Below are positions 49,220 through 60,129 of a stretch of DNA of 64,000 nt, one piece after another. How positions within the stretch are numbered: position 1 is the stretch's first letter; each line of letters begins with the position of its first letter. The notes beneath the pieces are model-generated. The model was not told the origin of the DNA and did no database searches. It saw only the letters and a list, made by a program, of their open reading frames with translations. The position numbers were made by a program, and so were the translations under genes. The DNA is from Felis catus (Eukaryota): contig NC_058368.1 in NCBI RefSeq assembly GCF_018350175.1, positions 71,054,001 to 71,118,000 of the forward strand. Reading direction: 5' to 3'.

Positions 49220-49415
49220 GGGGATGGGGGGGGTTACCGTTTATGGAGCAGAGCATCAGCTTGGGGTGATGGAAAGGTTCTGGAGCAGGACAGTAGTGAA
49301 AGTTGGAACAACATGGATGTGCTTAATGCCACCGAACTGCACACTTGAAAATGGCTAAAAGGGTAAATTTCATGTCATGTATATTTTACCACAATAACAA
49401 AAGAGTTTAAAAAAC
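49220..49415 (+). mobile_element. L1MB-like 3' end
   Basis: gtgcttaatgccaccgaactgcacacttgaaaatggctaaaa...tatattttaccacaat. Confidence 0.8.
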
Positions 49416-50056
49416 AAACTACTCAAAGCTGTTGGCTGGTGTCACTTTAATTCAAGGGAACAAACAGCAAGTGGACGTTTGACACAGGCCATCAACCCTA
49501 GAATACTCCCTGGTTTCGCACTTTCCCCGCTCTTCATATGACTCTGCACACTTTCCCCCATCTCCTCCTACACTCTTACCCCCCTGCTCACTCTTAAGCC
49601 TCAGTGAGAAAATAGAGACTCCTTCCTCTTCCCGATGACAAAACCACCACCCCTACCCTGCGCTGTGCCTTCCCTCCTGTTATTAGGGATGAGATGTCCT
49701 GCTTTTATCAAAAACTCTCTCACCGCCTGGCTCCCTGCATTTGAGAGAGCAAGATGGGTCACCAGCAGCTCTACTGGGGCCATCCGGGGACATCTGGCCA
49801 GGACTCTCGCTCTTGCCTCGTCTGCTGAATCCGCACAGGGTGATCCAGCAACATGGCCCCAATATGAGCCGCCAGTGTGTCCGTCAGGACAGAAGGATAC
49901 AAGCATGAGTGAGTTGGCTTAGGTCAACTTCCCTGCATGGGTCATTCAGGATACCCACCTCAACTGCAGATACCCAAGATACCTACCTTAACGCTTTTTG
50001 TCCACAAAATAAAAATACTCCACTGAATAATAATAATAAAAACCCCACCTCTCTCT

Positions 50057-50247
50057 GGGGGAAGGGAGAATAGGGAATTAGTGCTTAATGGTTACAGTTT
50101 GGGGTGATGACAAAGTTTTGGAAATAGTACAATCTGGTTGAACAGTATTATGAATCTAATTAATAATATCACTGAATGGTACACTTAGAGGTAGAAAAAA
50201 TAGCCAATGTTACAGACATTTTAACACAATAATTTTGTTAAAAAATA
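50057..50247 (+). mobile_element. L1M 3' end fragment
   Basis: tagggaattagtgcttaatggttacagtttggggtgatgacaaagttttggaaatag. Confidence 0.72.
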
Positions 50248-51270
50248 ACCCCGCTGGCCCCCACCCCGGCTTGGGTTCTGGATCCCACTCAAGGACTTTC
50301 TTCCTGCAGTATCCCCTCTTGCCCCTGCGTCCTTGGTCTTCCTCAGTCTCCCCCAACCCCCACTAGGCCACTTGCACCAGCATGCAAGCATGTTGGAATG
50401 CCTCCTATGTTGAGAAAACTCCTGTGACCCTGGCCGCCACCTGCTACTGCCCCATACTCTGCTCCCTTCATGGCCATCCTCTTGGAAGGTTTCTGGATCA
50501 CTCTATTCCTTCAGATCACCCGCCCAGTCAGCTGTCCTCCCTTACCTTCCCAAACAGACTGTCCATATGAAAGTGATCAACGAGCCCCATGTCACCCATC
50601 AACCTTCTTGATAAACTTTTGACGTCCACGGCACCACCTTTGCCTCACTCACAAAGAGCTCTGTATGGATCTTTCTCTGGCTCCTCCTCCACCTGCTAAA
50701 ATGTCTTCAGGACTCCACTCTGGGCTCCCTTCTCTTGTCCATTCACACAGGACCCCTAGATGATCTCATTCAGTCACATAGTTTTAAATACCAATAAACA
50801 TCAACATGCCCCAGATTTCCAAACCCACAGCTGCAGCCTCTACGTTAATGACTTTCTGTCCCAAACCAGGTAAGGCCTTTCTAATGGCACTGGTCCCCAG
50901 CCCGTTGCTGGACTGAAATCCTCGACGCTTCTCTCCCTCACCTCTTACTGTTGATTCAGCGAGTGCTGTCAGTTAGTCATCTGAGGCATACCCTGGAGAC
51001 AGCCCTCTGTCTCCATTCCCATCACCTGGACCACCATAATAGCTTGCTCCCAGGACTTCCTGCTCTCCTCCTGCCCCCAGCATAACTACCTCCCCCAAAG
51101 TAAATTATACCATTCCATGCCCCAGCTTAACCCCCTTCAATGAATCCCCAATAACATCTAAACTCCTCACATGATCTGAGCCCAGCCTCTCTCTTCAACT
51201 TCATCTTGAACCACAGCCACCTTACTCACTATATTCCAGACACTCCAGCCACTCCGGCCAGCTTCTAATT

Positions 51271-51871
51271 TAGTGGTTCTCAACTGGAGAGGACTTTGTC
51301 TTCCAGGGACATTTGGCAATAGTCTAGGAGACATTGTTTGATTTTAAAGTTTAGAGGGGAATGGATTCCTCCTGGCATCTAATGTTTAGAGGTGGTGAGG
51401 TGGGGAGCAGAGGGAACACTGCTAAATGTCCAATAAGGCAAAGGAGAGCCCCACCCCCACCCCAACAAAGCACTTTTCTGGCCCAAATGCCAATAGTGGA
51501 CTGAATATTTGCATGTCCCCAAATTCATAGGTTGAAGCCCTAATCCCCAAGGTGATATTTGGAGGTAGGGCCATTGGGAAATAATTAGATTTAAATGAGA
51601 TCACAAAGTTGGGGCCCCCATGATGGAATTAATGCCCTTAAAAGAAGAGAAGGAGACTCTCTGCCGTGTGCAGACACAGCAAGAAGGCAACTATCTGCAA
51701 AATAGGAAGAGACTTTCACTCGACACCATCTCTGCTAGAGCCTTGATCTTAGACTTCTAAGCCTCCAGAACTGTGAGAAAGAAAGGTCTGTTGTTTAGGC
51801 CACCTAGTCCATACTAATTTGTTATAGTAGCTCAAGCTGACTAAGACAAGTACTGAGGTTGAGAAATCCTG
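51271..51871 (+). mobile_element. MER20 split by an LTR insertion
   Basis: Starts agtggttctcaac...gggacatttggcaat; ends gaggttgagaaatcctg. Confidence 0.82.
51496..51848 (+). mobile_element. MLT1A-like MaLR solo LTR
   Basis: tggactgaatatttg...cagaactgtgagaaa...gctgactaagaca typical of MLT1 LTRs. Confidence 0.85.
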
Positions 51872-52539
51872 CAAACTGCTAAAGGAATTGGTCAGCGATC
51901 TCCTTCCTGCCTCAGAGCCTTTGCACAAGCTATTCCCTTGGCCTCGAATGCTCTTTCTCTACTCTCTGCATGTCTCTTTCCTTCTAATCATTCATAGCCT
52001 GCCTTAGATCTTATTTACCCAGAGAAGTTCTTTCTGACCCCCTATTCTGAAGTAGTGCCTGCACCCTGTCACTCTCTATCATAGCCTATTTTAATTTTCC
52101 AAATGCACTACCTGGTAGTTCTCTTGTTTTATCTGTTCATCACGTTTCCCTCACTAAAATTAAGTTTCTTAACAGCAGAAATCTTATCTGACTAGCTCAC
52201 CAGGGCCTAGTAAGTGCTTGTTGCATAGTTGGTACTCAAGGAATCCCTGGGAAACAAATGACTTTCAGTTGATTTAGCTCGATTCCAAAAATATGTGTGG
52301 GTACCTATTATTACATTGTATAAGCAATAGGTACCCAGAACATTTAAAGCTGATTACCACAGTCACCACTCTCAAGCAGCTTACAATTGCTTAAGAAGGA
52401 TAAAACGTGTTTTTACACACTTTAGGCAGAACGGTCCACGTGCTGTAAGGAGATGGTGAGGCGTCATGTGGTGAAGGGCACTCTCTGAGTTGTGAGATAG
52501 TGTGTGTGAGATGCTCGGCAGGGTCAGGGCTGAAAGGCA

Positions 52540-52765
52540 GCATCGTGTAAGGGTGAGAGGCGTGGACTCCGGAGTCCAGACTAGCGGGACTCGAATCCCA
52601 GCTCAGCCACTTCTGGTTGTGTGACCTTGAACCAGCCTTTTCATCTCTCTGTGTTTCAGCTTCCTCATCTACAACATGGAGATAACAAAAGCATCTGCTT
52701 CGCAGCTTGCTGTGGATTTAAATGAGTTATATTATGGGAAGCGCATGGCCCTGGACAACACTACA
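52540..52765 (+). mobile_element. MIR
   Basis: tcgaatcccagctcagccactt...tgtgaccttga...ttcagcttcctcatct. Confidence 0.8.
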
Positions 52766-53075
52766 GGTCTGGCCTCTGCTACCCAAAGGAAGGCGTGACC
52801 ACCCAGGACCAAATGGGGATGGTGGAAGGCTGACTTTTGAGATAAGGTGAAGTTCAATGAACAGGACGATGAGGGCCTTCTCAATGGAAAGGTTACGTTA
52901 TACATCAAAGAAGATGCACTGTGGCCTGGAGTGCTGCTTAGGAGTAGGGTTGGACAAACATCCATTTTTTCCGGTTCACCCATCTGTGTAAAGAAAGATT
53001 TTTTTTTTTTTGAGAGCCGCTAATGGGGCCATGGTCATCTTCTCTGCTCAGCCTATTACATCAGAAAACATGAGA

Positions 53076-53180
53076 GGGGCGCCTGGGTGCCTCAGTCGGT
53101 TAAGCATCCAACTCTTGATTTTGGCTCAGACCATGATCTCATGGTTCATGAGTTTGAGCCGCACATGGAGCCTGCTTAAG

Positions 53181-53226
<46 letters not shown>

Positions 53227-53296
53227 CCTCCCTCCCTCCCTCCCCTGCTCATGTGCGCTCTCTCTCAAAAAAAAAAAAAAAAAACCTAAAGGAAAA
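53076..53296 (+). mobile_element. Can-SINE
   Basis: TSD agaaaacatgaga / agaaaacttgaga. Confidence 0.92.
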
Positions 53297-55719
53297 AGAA
53301 AACTTGAGAGAGAGCTGGTCACCAAATCACAATATCACTTTCTTTCTAGTTGTTGTTATTTTTAATTCCTGTCCATTATGCTTTGGTTAGGGAAAAAAAA
53401 AAAGGACTAGAACTCATCTGGTTCCACCCTTACTACGCTGTGAGTTCACCCCTGTCCCCTGGAAGGAGAGAACTAGAGCCTGCCCACTGTATTCTAGAGC
53501 GGTCTAACTAGGCTGAGTTAGAGCATGTGCAAGACTCCGGGGGTTAGGGACGTATCACAGAGATGTCAGGTATCTCCATTACTGTGATTCTTTTCCTAAA
53601 AACACCATCCACCATTCTAGTCACAAATATTACATGCAAAGCATTTTAATGTAGAGGAAAGGAAGTAAAGAACTTGAACTTTCTCTAGCTACATGTTTCA
53701 AAGCAGAGAGAAGGGAGACTCCTGGAGGCAGCCAGCACTGCTTCCCACCACGCTGGGAGTGTCCGTGTCCACTCTTTTCTACGGTGAAGCCGGACACAGG
53801 CTCTATCCCCAAAAGGAAATGCCAGCAAAACAGCCTCTCCTTGTTTCTTGAAAGGAAAAACTGATTTCCTTCTACTGTTTAGTCTAATAAGCAGGAACCT
53901 GGGAGCCTCCGGCTCCATCGTCTGCACTGTGATGCTGCTGAAAATTCTGCAGGACTTGCAAGCCATCGAAGTCAAACTTGAGAGGAGGCATGACTGAGCA
54001 TTTCTTGAACTTGCAGACATTTCAAGACATGCCAATCCACATATTTTTAGCCTCCCTGTCCTTTCCTTTCTTTCACTCCAGTGACGGGACTGAACAGCAA
54101 GAACGATACTCTCCTAAAAGAATAGCTCCCTGGAGAACGAAGGAACTGAGCAGCTACCATATGAAGAACTGCGTCCTAGCGCCGTAGTGCTCTAGGCCTT
54201 TGCTGTCCCCTCCTCACCAAAGGCTGCCAGAGCAAAACAGAGGCAGGAGGCAGGTTTCCAGCCCAAGCTTAGGCAGCTCCTTCCACCTGGGTGGGTTTGG
54301 GAGCCCCTTACACTCACTGACCTGTATTCCTGCCAGGTGTCCCGGACAGAGTTCCTAAGTAAAGGGCAGCCCCACAATGGCTGAGAGCAAAGGCCAAAGC
54401 CAGGCTTCTGGTGTCACAAGGAGACCAGAGCCAGTGGGAGAAGGTGGGCCCCAGGGTGGAATTAGTGACAGAGGCCAAAGCTTCTGGTATCTAATCGAGA
54501 ACAAGATAAGAAAAAGGAAGAAGGGCCCATTGTCCCCACTCTAGGAGGTTGAGGGGAGTGGGAGATTGGAGGGGGGGGGGTCCTTTCAGGAAGCTCCTCA
54601 AAAAGATAGGGGTAGTTAGAAAAAGTGTTGCAAAACAAAAACAAAACCAAAAAAAAAAAAAAATCCAAAAACCTAGAGCAGGGCCAAAGAGAAAAGCTGG
54701 GAGGGACGATTAGTGGGGGGCTGCAAAGTGGGGGCAGGGGCTGGGGGACCAGCAGCTGGGCTGGTGGCTGGCCACAGCCCAGAAACCTTGACTCAAAGGA
54801 CTCACTTGAGTTTAGTCCTCCCCCAGGACTGTGGAAGGGGGAAAAAGGAAGGGAGAAACAAGTCAAAAGTCTATGGAGGAAGGAGCTTTCTGTTGTAATG
54901 GACTACCTCTTGGGTCTGTCCCCAATTTTCTGGGTTTTGTTCCTGGTTTAAAAGAAGTTTTATGTCACCCATGAGAGTCTGCATTTTTGTGGGATTCAAA
55001 TATTCCTTAATTAGGTGTTGTCTCTTTACAGAAAGAAAAGACGCCTTTTATTTCATTTTACTTTGCCATTTTAATTTACTCCCTTTCGTGTTTAATAACT
55101 AGGTAGGGAAATGTTAAACAGCTGCTGTAAAATATTACAAACTCTGCTCCCTGGGAATGCTGAGAAGGAACTTTCTAGAGCTATCTCCCTCCCAAAGAAG
55201 AGCCCCATGGGAGGGGGCCCACAAATCCCAGCTTTGTGGTAAAGGTGGAAGGAGGGGAGATGTGCTGTTTCCCTCCAAGCCACTGTGGTCCCCTAGCACC
55301 CTGTCAACCTTCACTCCAGAATCTTCTTGGGTAGAGGTCTGAATGCAGAGGGAGTTTGAGGGAAGCTGAGAAACACACACCCAACCTGTTTGTTGCTCTC
55401 CTCAGGCACCAACTTCTGAGCCAGGCTGAGACTACCTTAACTACAACTAGGGAATCTGCCCTGTGAAGCTCTGGAAAATCAAGAAAGACCAAAAAAATCA
55501 CAACAGAAAAGCAGAAGTGGCCAGGAAAATGTTTCTTTATGGCCTTGGTCTACTGGATACTGGCTCTCTTATTCCGTCTGAAGTTTGAGGGAAAGGACAG
55601 ACTAAGGGATGGAGCTATAGTTTTTTCTACAGCTAAAAAGTAAGGGGGGCACACTCCCCATCTAGATCGGGCCGACCCTCCAGCCAAAGGTCAGTACTTG
55701 TCTGCACATTGCAGATGCT

Positions 55720-55980
55720 TCCCAAGGGATCTGGAACACCAATTCGCAGGGCAGCGCAGGGCACCAGTCTCCGTCTACTGAGCTGTGTATGATGCTTATA
55801 CGCTCATTTTGCTGGTAAAAGAGCCTGTCATAAAATGTAATACTGACTATAAAACAAATCAGCGCTTTGAAACGACTGGCTTCAGATGTTTTCATAAATC
55901 CCTAATGGCTCAGGCACTGCCTGCTATTGATAATATTAATGTGTTAATAGTTCCTCTGAAGCAGCAGCGCTGGGTAGGGC
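55720..55980. promoter_or_regulatory. Candidate CDX/HOX plus TCF enhancer
   Basis: GTCATAAA (55827), CTATAAAA (55847), TTCATAAA (55891), CTTTGAA (55865) within 75 bp. Confidence 0.5.
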
Positions 55981-55981
55981 T

Positions 55982-55983
<2 letters not shown>

Positions 55984-56031
<48 letters not shown>
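55984..56031. repeat. (CA)n microsatellite
   Basis: Direct reading, perfect repeat. Confidence 0.95.
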
Positions 56032-56033
<2 letters not shown>

Positions 56034-56234
56034 GAATACCAGGGAATTGGAAAACAATGCTTTGGCTCTCCCTTGAATTCCGGCTGCACTTGGTTGACCT
56101 CAGAAAGCCAGATCCAAGGGAGAAATCTGATATTTAAATTATTGGCTGGAACTCCCCTTTAAAGTGTTTTACGTTGGTTCATAAAAAGGTATATTATATA
56201 GGTATATGAACATATAAAAGCATGCAAGCATAGC

Positions 56235-56710
56235 TGTGCTCCCAGCAGCATTATTCACAGTAGCCAAGAGGCGAAACCAACCCACATGTCCACTGACAGA
56301 GGAACAGATAAACAAGATGTCATATGTGCACTCCCTGGAATATCACTCGGCCATAAAAAGGAACAGAGATCCTGACACCTGCTACAACACGGATGAAGCT
56401 TGAGGACATTATGTCAGTGAAATAAGCCAGCTACAGACCGACAAATACTGTAGGGTTCCACTGTAGAGCAGTTAGATTTCACAGAGACGGAAAGTAGAAG
56501 AGAGGCTATCGGCAGCTAGAGGAAGCGGGGGAAAGAGGAGTTAATGTTTTATGGGTATACAGTCTGTTGAGGAAGATGACAAAGTTCTGGAGATGGATGG
56601 CGATGGGTACACAACACTGTGAATGTACTTAATGCCACAGAACGGTATACTTAAAAATGGCTCACATGGGGGCTCCTGGGTGGCTCTGTCAGTTGAGTGT
56701 CCAACTTTTA
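56235..56710 (+). mobile_element. L1MB-like 3' region followed by a truncated SINE head (56668-56710)
   Basis: cagcattattcacagtagccaa..., ggacattatgtcagtgaaataagccag, gtgaatgtacttaatgccac. Confidence 0.87.
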
Positions 56711-56853
56711 TTTTACAAGAATTTTTTAAATGGGAGTAGAAAAGCATGTGAATAATGGATAATGTCCCCAGAACTTGGAGCTCCCAACACTACCCACCCG
56801 AGGCTGAACCAGCCATGCTGGGCTTTCTCTGCCCTTAAGAGAATGGAAAGTTT

Positions 56854-56970
56854 GGGGGCAGCCATCTGGCTCAGTCAATGGGGCTTATGACTCTTGATCT
56901 CTGGTTGTGAGTTTGAGCCACGTTGGGTGTGTAGAGATTACTTAAAAATACAATCTTTAAAGAAAAAGAA
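56854..56970 (+). mobile_element. Short Can-SINE
   Basis: TSD aatggaaagttt / aatgggaagttt. Confidence 0.82.
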
Positions 56971-57615
56971 AATGGGAAGTTTTGTGTCTGCACTTCCCCA
57001 GACACCCAAGCAGCCCAGAGAAGTCTACCCATGAAAATCCCATTCCAACCTCAAAAGGGAACTTAAGGAACCAAGAATGACATTTTTCATGATGCAATTT
57101 CTCCACTCCTTCCTGGCCAGCATCATTCAAGTCGGAGGAACCTCAGAAAATCAACGTTCCAATCTCCCTGGCCACAGACACAAGTTTTTTTGAGGCGCAT
57201 TTCTGTGGCTGGACCCGCCCCCCACCCCCCTGCCAGCCCTCTGATTCATGGGATGGAAAGAAAGGATCTAGAGAGTCAGAGTTACAAATAACAGAGGGAG
57301 TGGGGGGCGAGGGGGTGAGGGGTGGCTCTGGCTAGCTCACAATGTTTTTCCTGGACTCGCCTCTGTCTTTTGGGGTTCCTCTTTCCTGAGAACCACTTGC
57401 CTAGAATCTGTGATTTTGCCTCACACTGGTCCAAGAAAGAGAACCTGGGAACCACCAAAGCTGTTGCATCTGAAGGCGGAAAGAGGTGGCCCAGTCAGAG
57501 GCCAGCGCCTACCCAGAAGCTTCTCTCAGTAACACAACAGACATTGGATGCATGCCACAGGTTTTGCTAATGCTTGTTCTTTGGGGTCAGTTTATTTAAG
57601 AAATGGCCAGAGCAT

Positions 57616-57730
57616 GGGACACCTGGTTCACTCAGTTGGTAGGGCATGTGACTCTTGCTCTCAGGGCTGCGAATTCGAGCCTAGAGTTGGGTGTAGAGAT
57701 TACTTAAAAATAAAATCTTTAAAAAAAAAA
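57616..57730 (+). mobile_element. Short Can-SINE
   Basis: TSD tggccagagc. Confidence 0.85.
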
Positions 57731-58461
57731 GTGGCCAGAGCCTTCAAACCCCTGCCCTCTTCCCCTGCAAGGAGATAAACATTGGCATAATCTTTCCCAT
57801 TCCAAGTCTCCCTGGGCCCTCCCCTCAATTTCCATTACACTTCATTACCCCAAGCCAGGCAGCCATGAGCTCCTGAGTCCCCTCACACAGACTTTGGCCC
57901 AGCTTTGCACCTACAACATGTCAGTGCCCATTCTTCCTGCAGGTAGGGAAGATGAAACCCATAGCCAGTATGAGAAACCTGTTCGGATCCCTCCACAGAG
58001 AAAAGGACAGAAGAGAACATGGTGCCTATTAACATGATGCCTAATAGTTTTCAGGCTGATGGGCCCAGTGGCAAAGACCCAGGCAAAAGAGGGGAGCCAG
58101 CCAGGAGGATCCGACACAGCCTGTAAGGGGAGCCCCACTGGAAGAAGGTGGGGAGCACAGCACAAGGCTCACACTGCTGAGGTAAGGCCTTAGGTGGAAT
58201 GGCCCCAGGGTGCAGCCCAATAAAGGCAGTCAGAACAGAGCCTGAGATGTGAGCCAGTTAATGGGTTAAAAGCTGTTAGGCTGTTAAGACTTGGAGCAGG
58301 GAGAGAGATGCATAATCTGAATATCACTAAGACAATTTTGCAGCCAGCATCCAGATTTTCTAAATCAACCACTTCACCAAATTCCCTGCCAGCTCATAAA
58401 ATGCCTGTCTCCCCTTCCTTCCTTTTTCCAAATGATGCTATTTTATTAAATAGTGTTTAAC

Positions 58462-58871
58462 CACCTGGGTGGTTCAGTTGGTTAAGAGTCCAACTTCAGC
58501 TCAGGTCATGATCTTGCAGTTCGTGGGTTCGAGCCCTGCATCAGGCTCTCTGCTGTCAGCATGGAGCCTGTTTCAGATCCTCTGCCCCTCCCTTGCTCTC
58601 GGGCTCTCTCTCTCTCTGTCTCTCAAAATAAATAAATAAATTTAAAAAAGTAATAAAATAGGGGTGCCTGGGTGGCTCAGTTGGTTAAGCATCCAACTTT
58701 AGCTCGGGTCATGGTCTCATGGCTCATGGGTTCAAGCCCCACATTGGGCTTTGTGCTGACAGCTCAGAGCCTGGAGACTGCTTTGGATTCTGTGTCTCCC
58801 TCTCTCTCTGCCCCTCCCCCGCTCACTCTCTCTCAAAAATAAACACTAAAAAAATAATAATAATAAAACAA
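58462..58871 (+). mobile_element. Two tandem Can-SINEs (58462-58655, 58661-58871)
   Basis: Two bodies and tails; outer TSD aaatagtgtt / aaacagtgtt. Confidence 0.9.
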
Positions 58872-60129
58872 AAACAGTGTTGGAGGTTGGGGGGAGAAGT
58901 AGAGAACTGAGGGGAGAATTACATTTTAATTTTATTTTAAATGCAGTTTTGTTCCCTTCAAGGCTGTCCTAAATTTGGTTAGGACCAGAATGTGTAGGCC
59001 CTCATAATTTGCCAAGTTGGATTTAAATGTGCTATAATAGTGTGTGTGTGTGTGTGCACGTGCATGTGTGTGTGTAGACTTATTCAATCAAATATACATT
59101 TAATATGCACAAGTATTCATTATATCACAGCAGAAACATGTTGACTCTGTGTTTACAGTCTTTGGAGATATATTTTTAAAAATCGTATTTTTGCTTTGTG
59201 TATACACATTTGCTGTTGCTTATAATTCTTCTGGAAGCCTGACCGGTTTAACTACTTCAGCTTGGACTCACTTGAGGGGCAGAGAGAGTATGCAAAGCTG
59301 CAGAGTGCTTTCATATTTAAAAGGGGCTTCTCCAGGATTGCAGACCTGTGGGTTGATGGTCTTTCTCTGGATCCATTTCCTGTTTTTCAGGCTGACCCAA
59401 GTTCTCAGACCACCCGGGCTGGGTCGGCTGCAGCTGGGGGTCTCAATGGGATCTCTGCAATTCAAGGGGGCCTATTCCAAAACAGGATCTGAGCTGCAAA
59501 CTGCCTTTCTCATCCCTGTAATTAGGGGGCACCGGGATGCATAGGACCCTGGGGTAGAGGGCCTAGTGACCAGTGAGTCAACTTTACAAAAAGGAGGCTG
59601 GAAAAAGGAACAGAATGAGTTTAGGATGGTGAGACCCTAGGACATAAGGAAGGAGGAAAATGGGGTAATGAGGAAGCTGGAGGCTTAAGACACCCTCCTG
59701 GGAAACCAAAGAACGAGTTGTCACTGGTTTTTGGTCAACAGACTGGAGGCCTCAGGAGAGCCCAGGTCTGGGTCTCTAGAAGCTAAGCTGCCACCCCCCA
59801 GGAGCACAACCACAACCAGCTGAATCCAGAGGCCTTGGGCCACTCCCCCAGGACAGACCCTGTCACCAAGCAGCCCCCCACTGACGCACTCTTGGGGCCC
59901 ACTAGAGCATAAACACTCCAAACACTGATTTAATCTGTTTGGAAACCACAGGTCAGAAGATACCAACAAGGCAAGAACCACGTTTAACACATTCAAGACT
60001 TCCAAACATTTAACTGATTCAAACACGCCTGGCCACAAAAACCAATGGAGAAATTTAAGACCCTCTTGTCAAAAACACAGATACACAGGGCCCACCTCAA
60101 GGACCCCCAGGGACCACTCGCTTCTGGAA

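Larger units (their letters stand above)
50280..52265 (+). mobile_element. Degraded L2 LINE hosting MER20 and MLT1 insertions
   Basis: CT-rich L2-like tracts; 3' part gcctttgcacaagctattcccttggcctcgaatgctc...tactcaaggaat. Confidence 0.6.

Noticed and set aside
1750..57730. tRNA-like sequences with A and B boxes
   Set aside because: All are SINE heads with A tails and TSDs, not tRNA genes.
3041..58910. Recurrent peptides such as MAQSVGHPTSAQVMISQS... suggesting a gene family
   Set aside because: They are translations of Can-SINE bodies.
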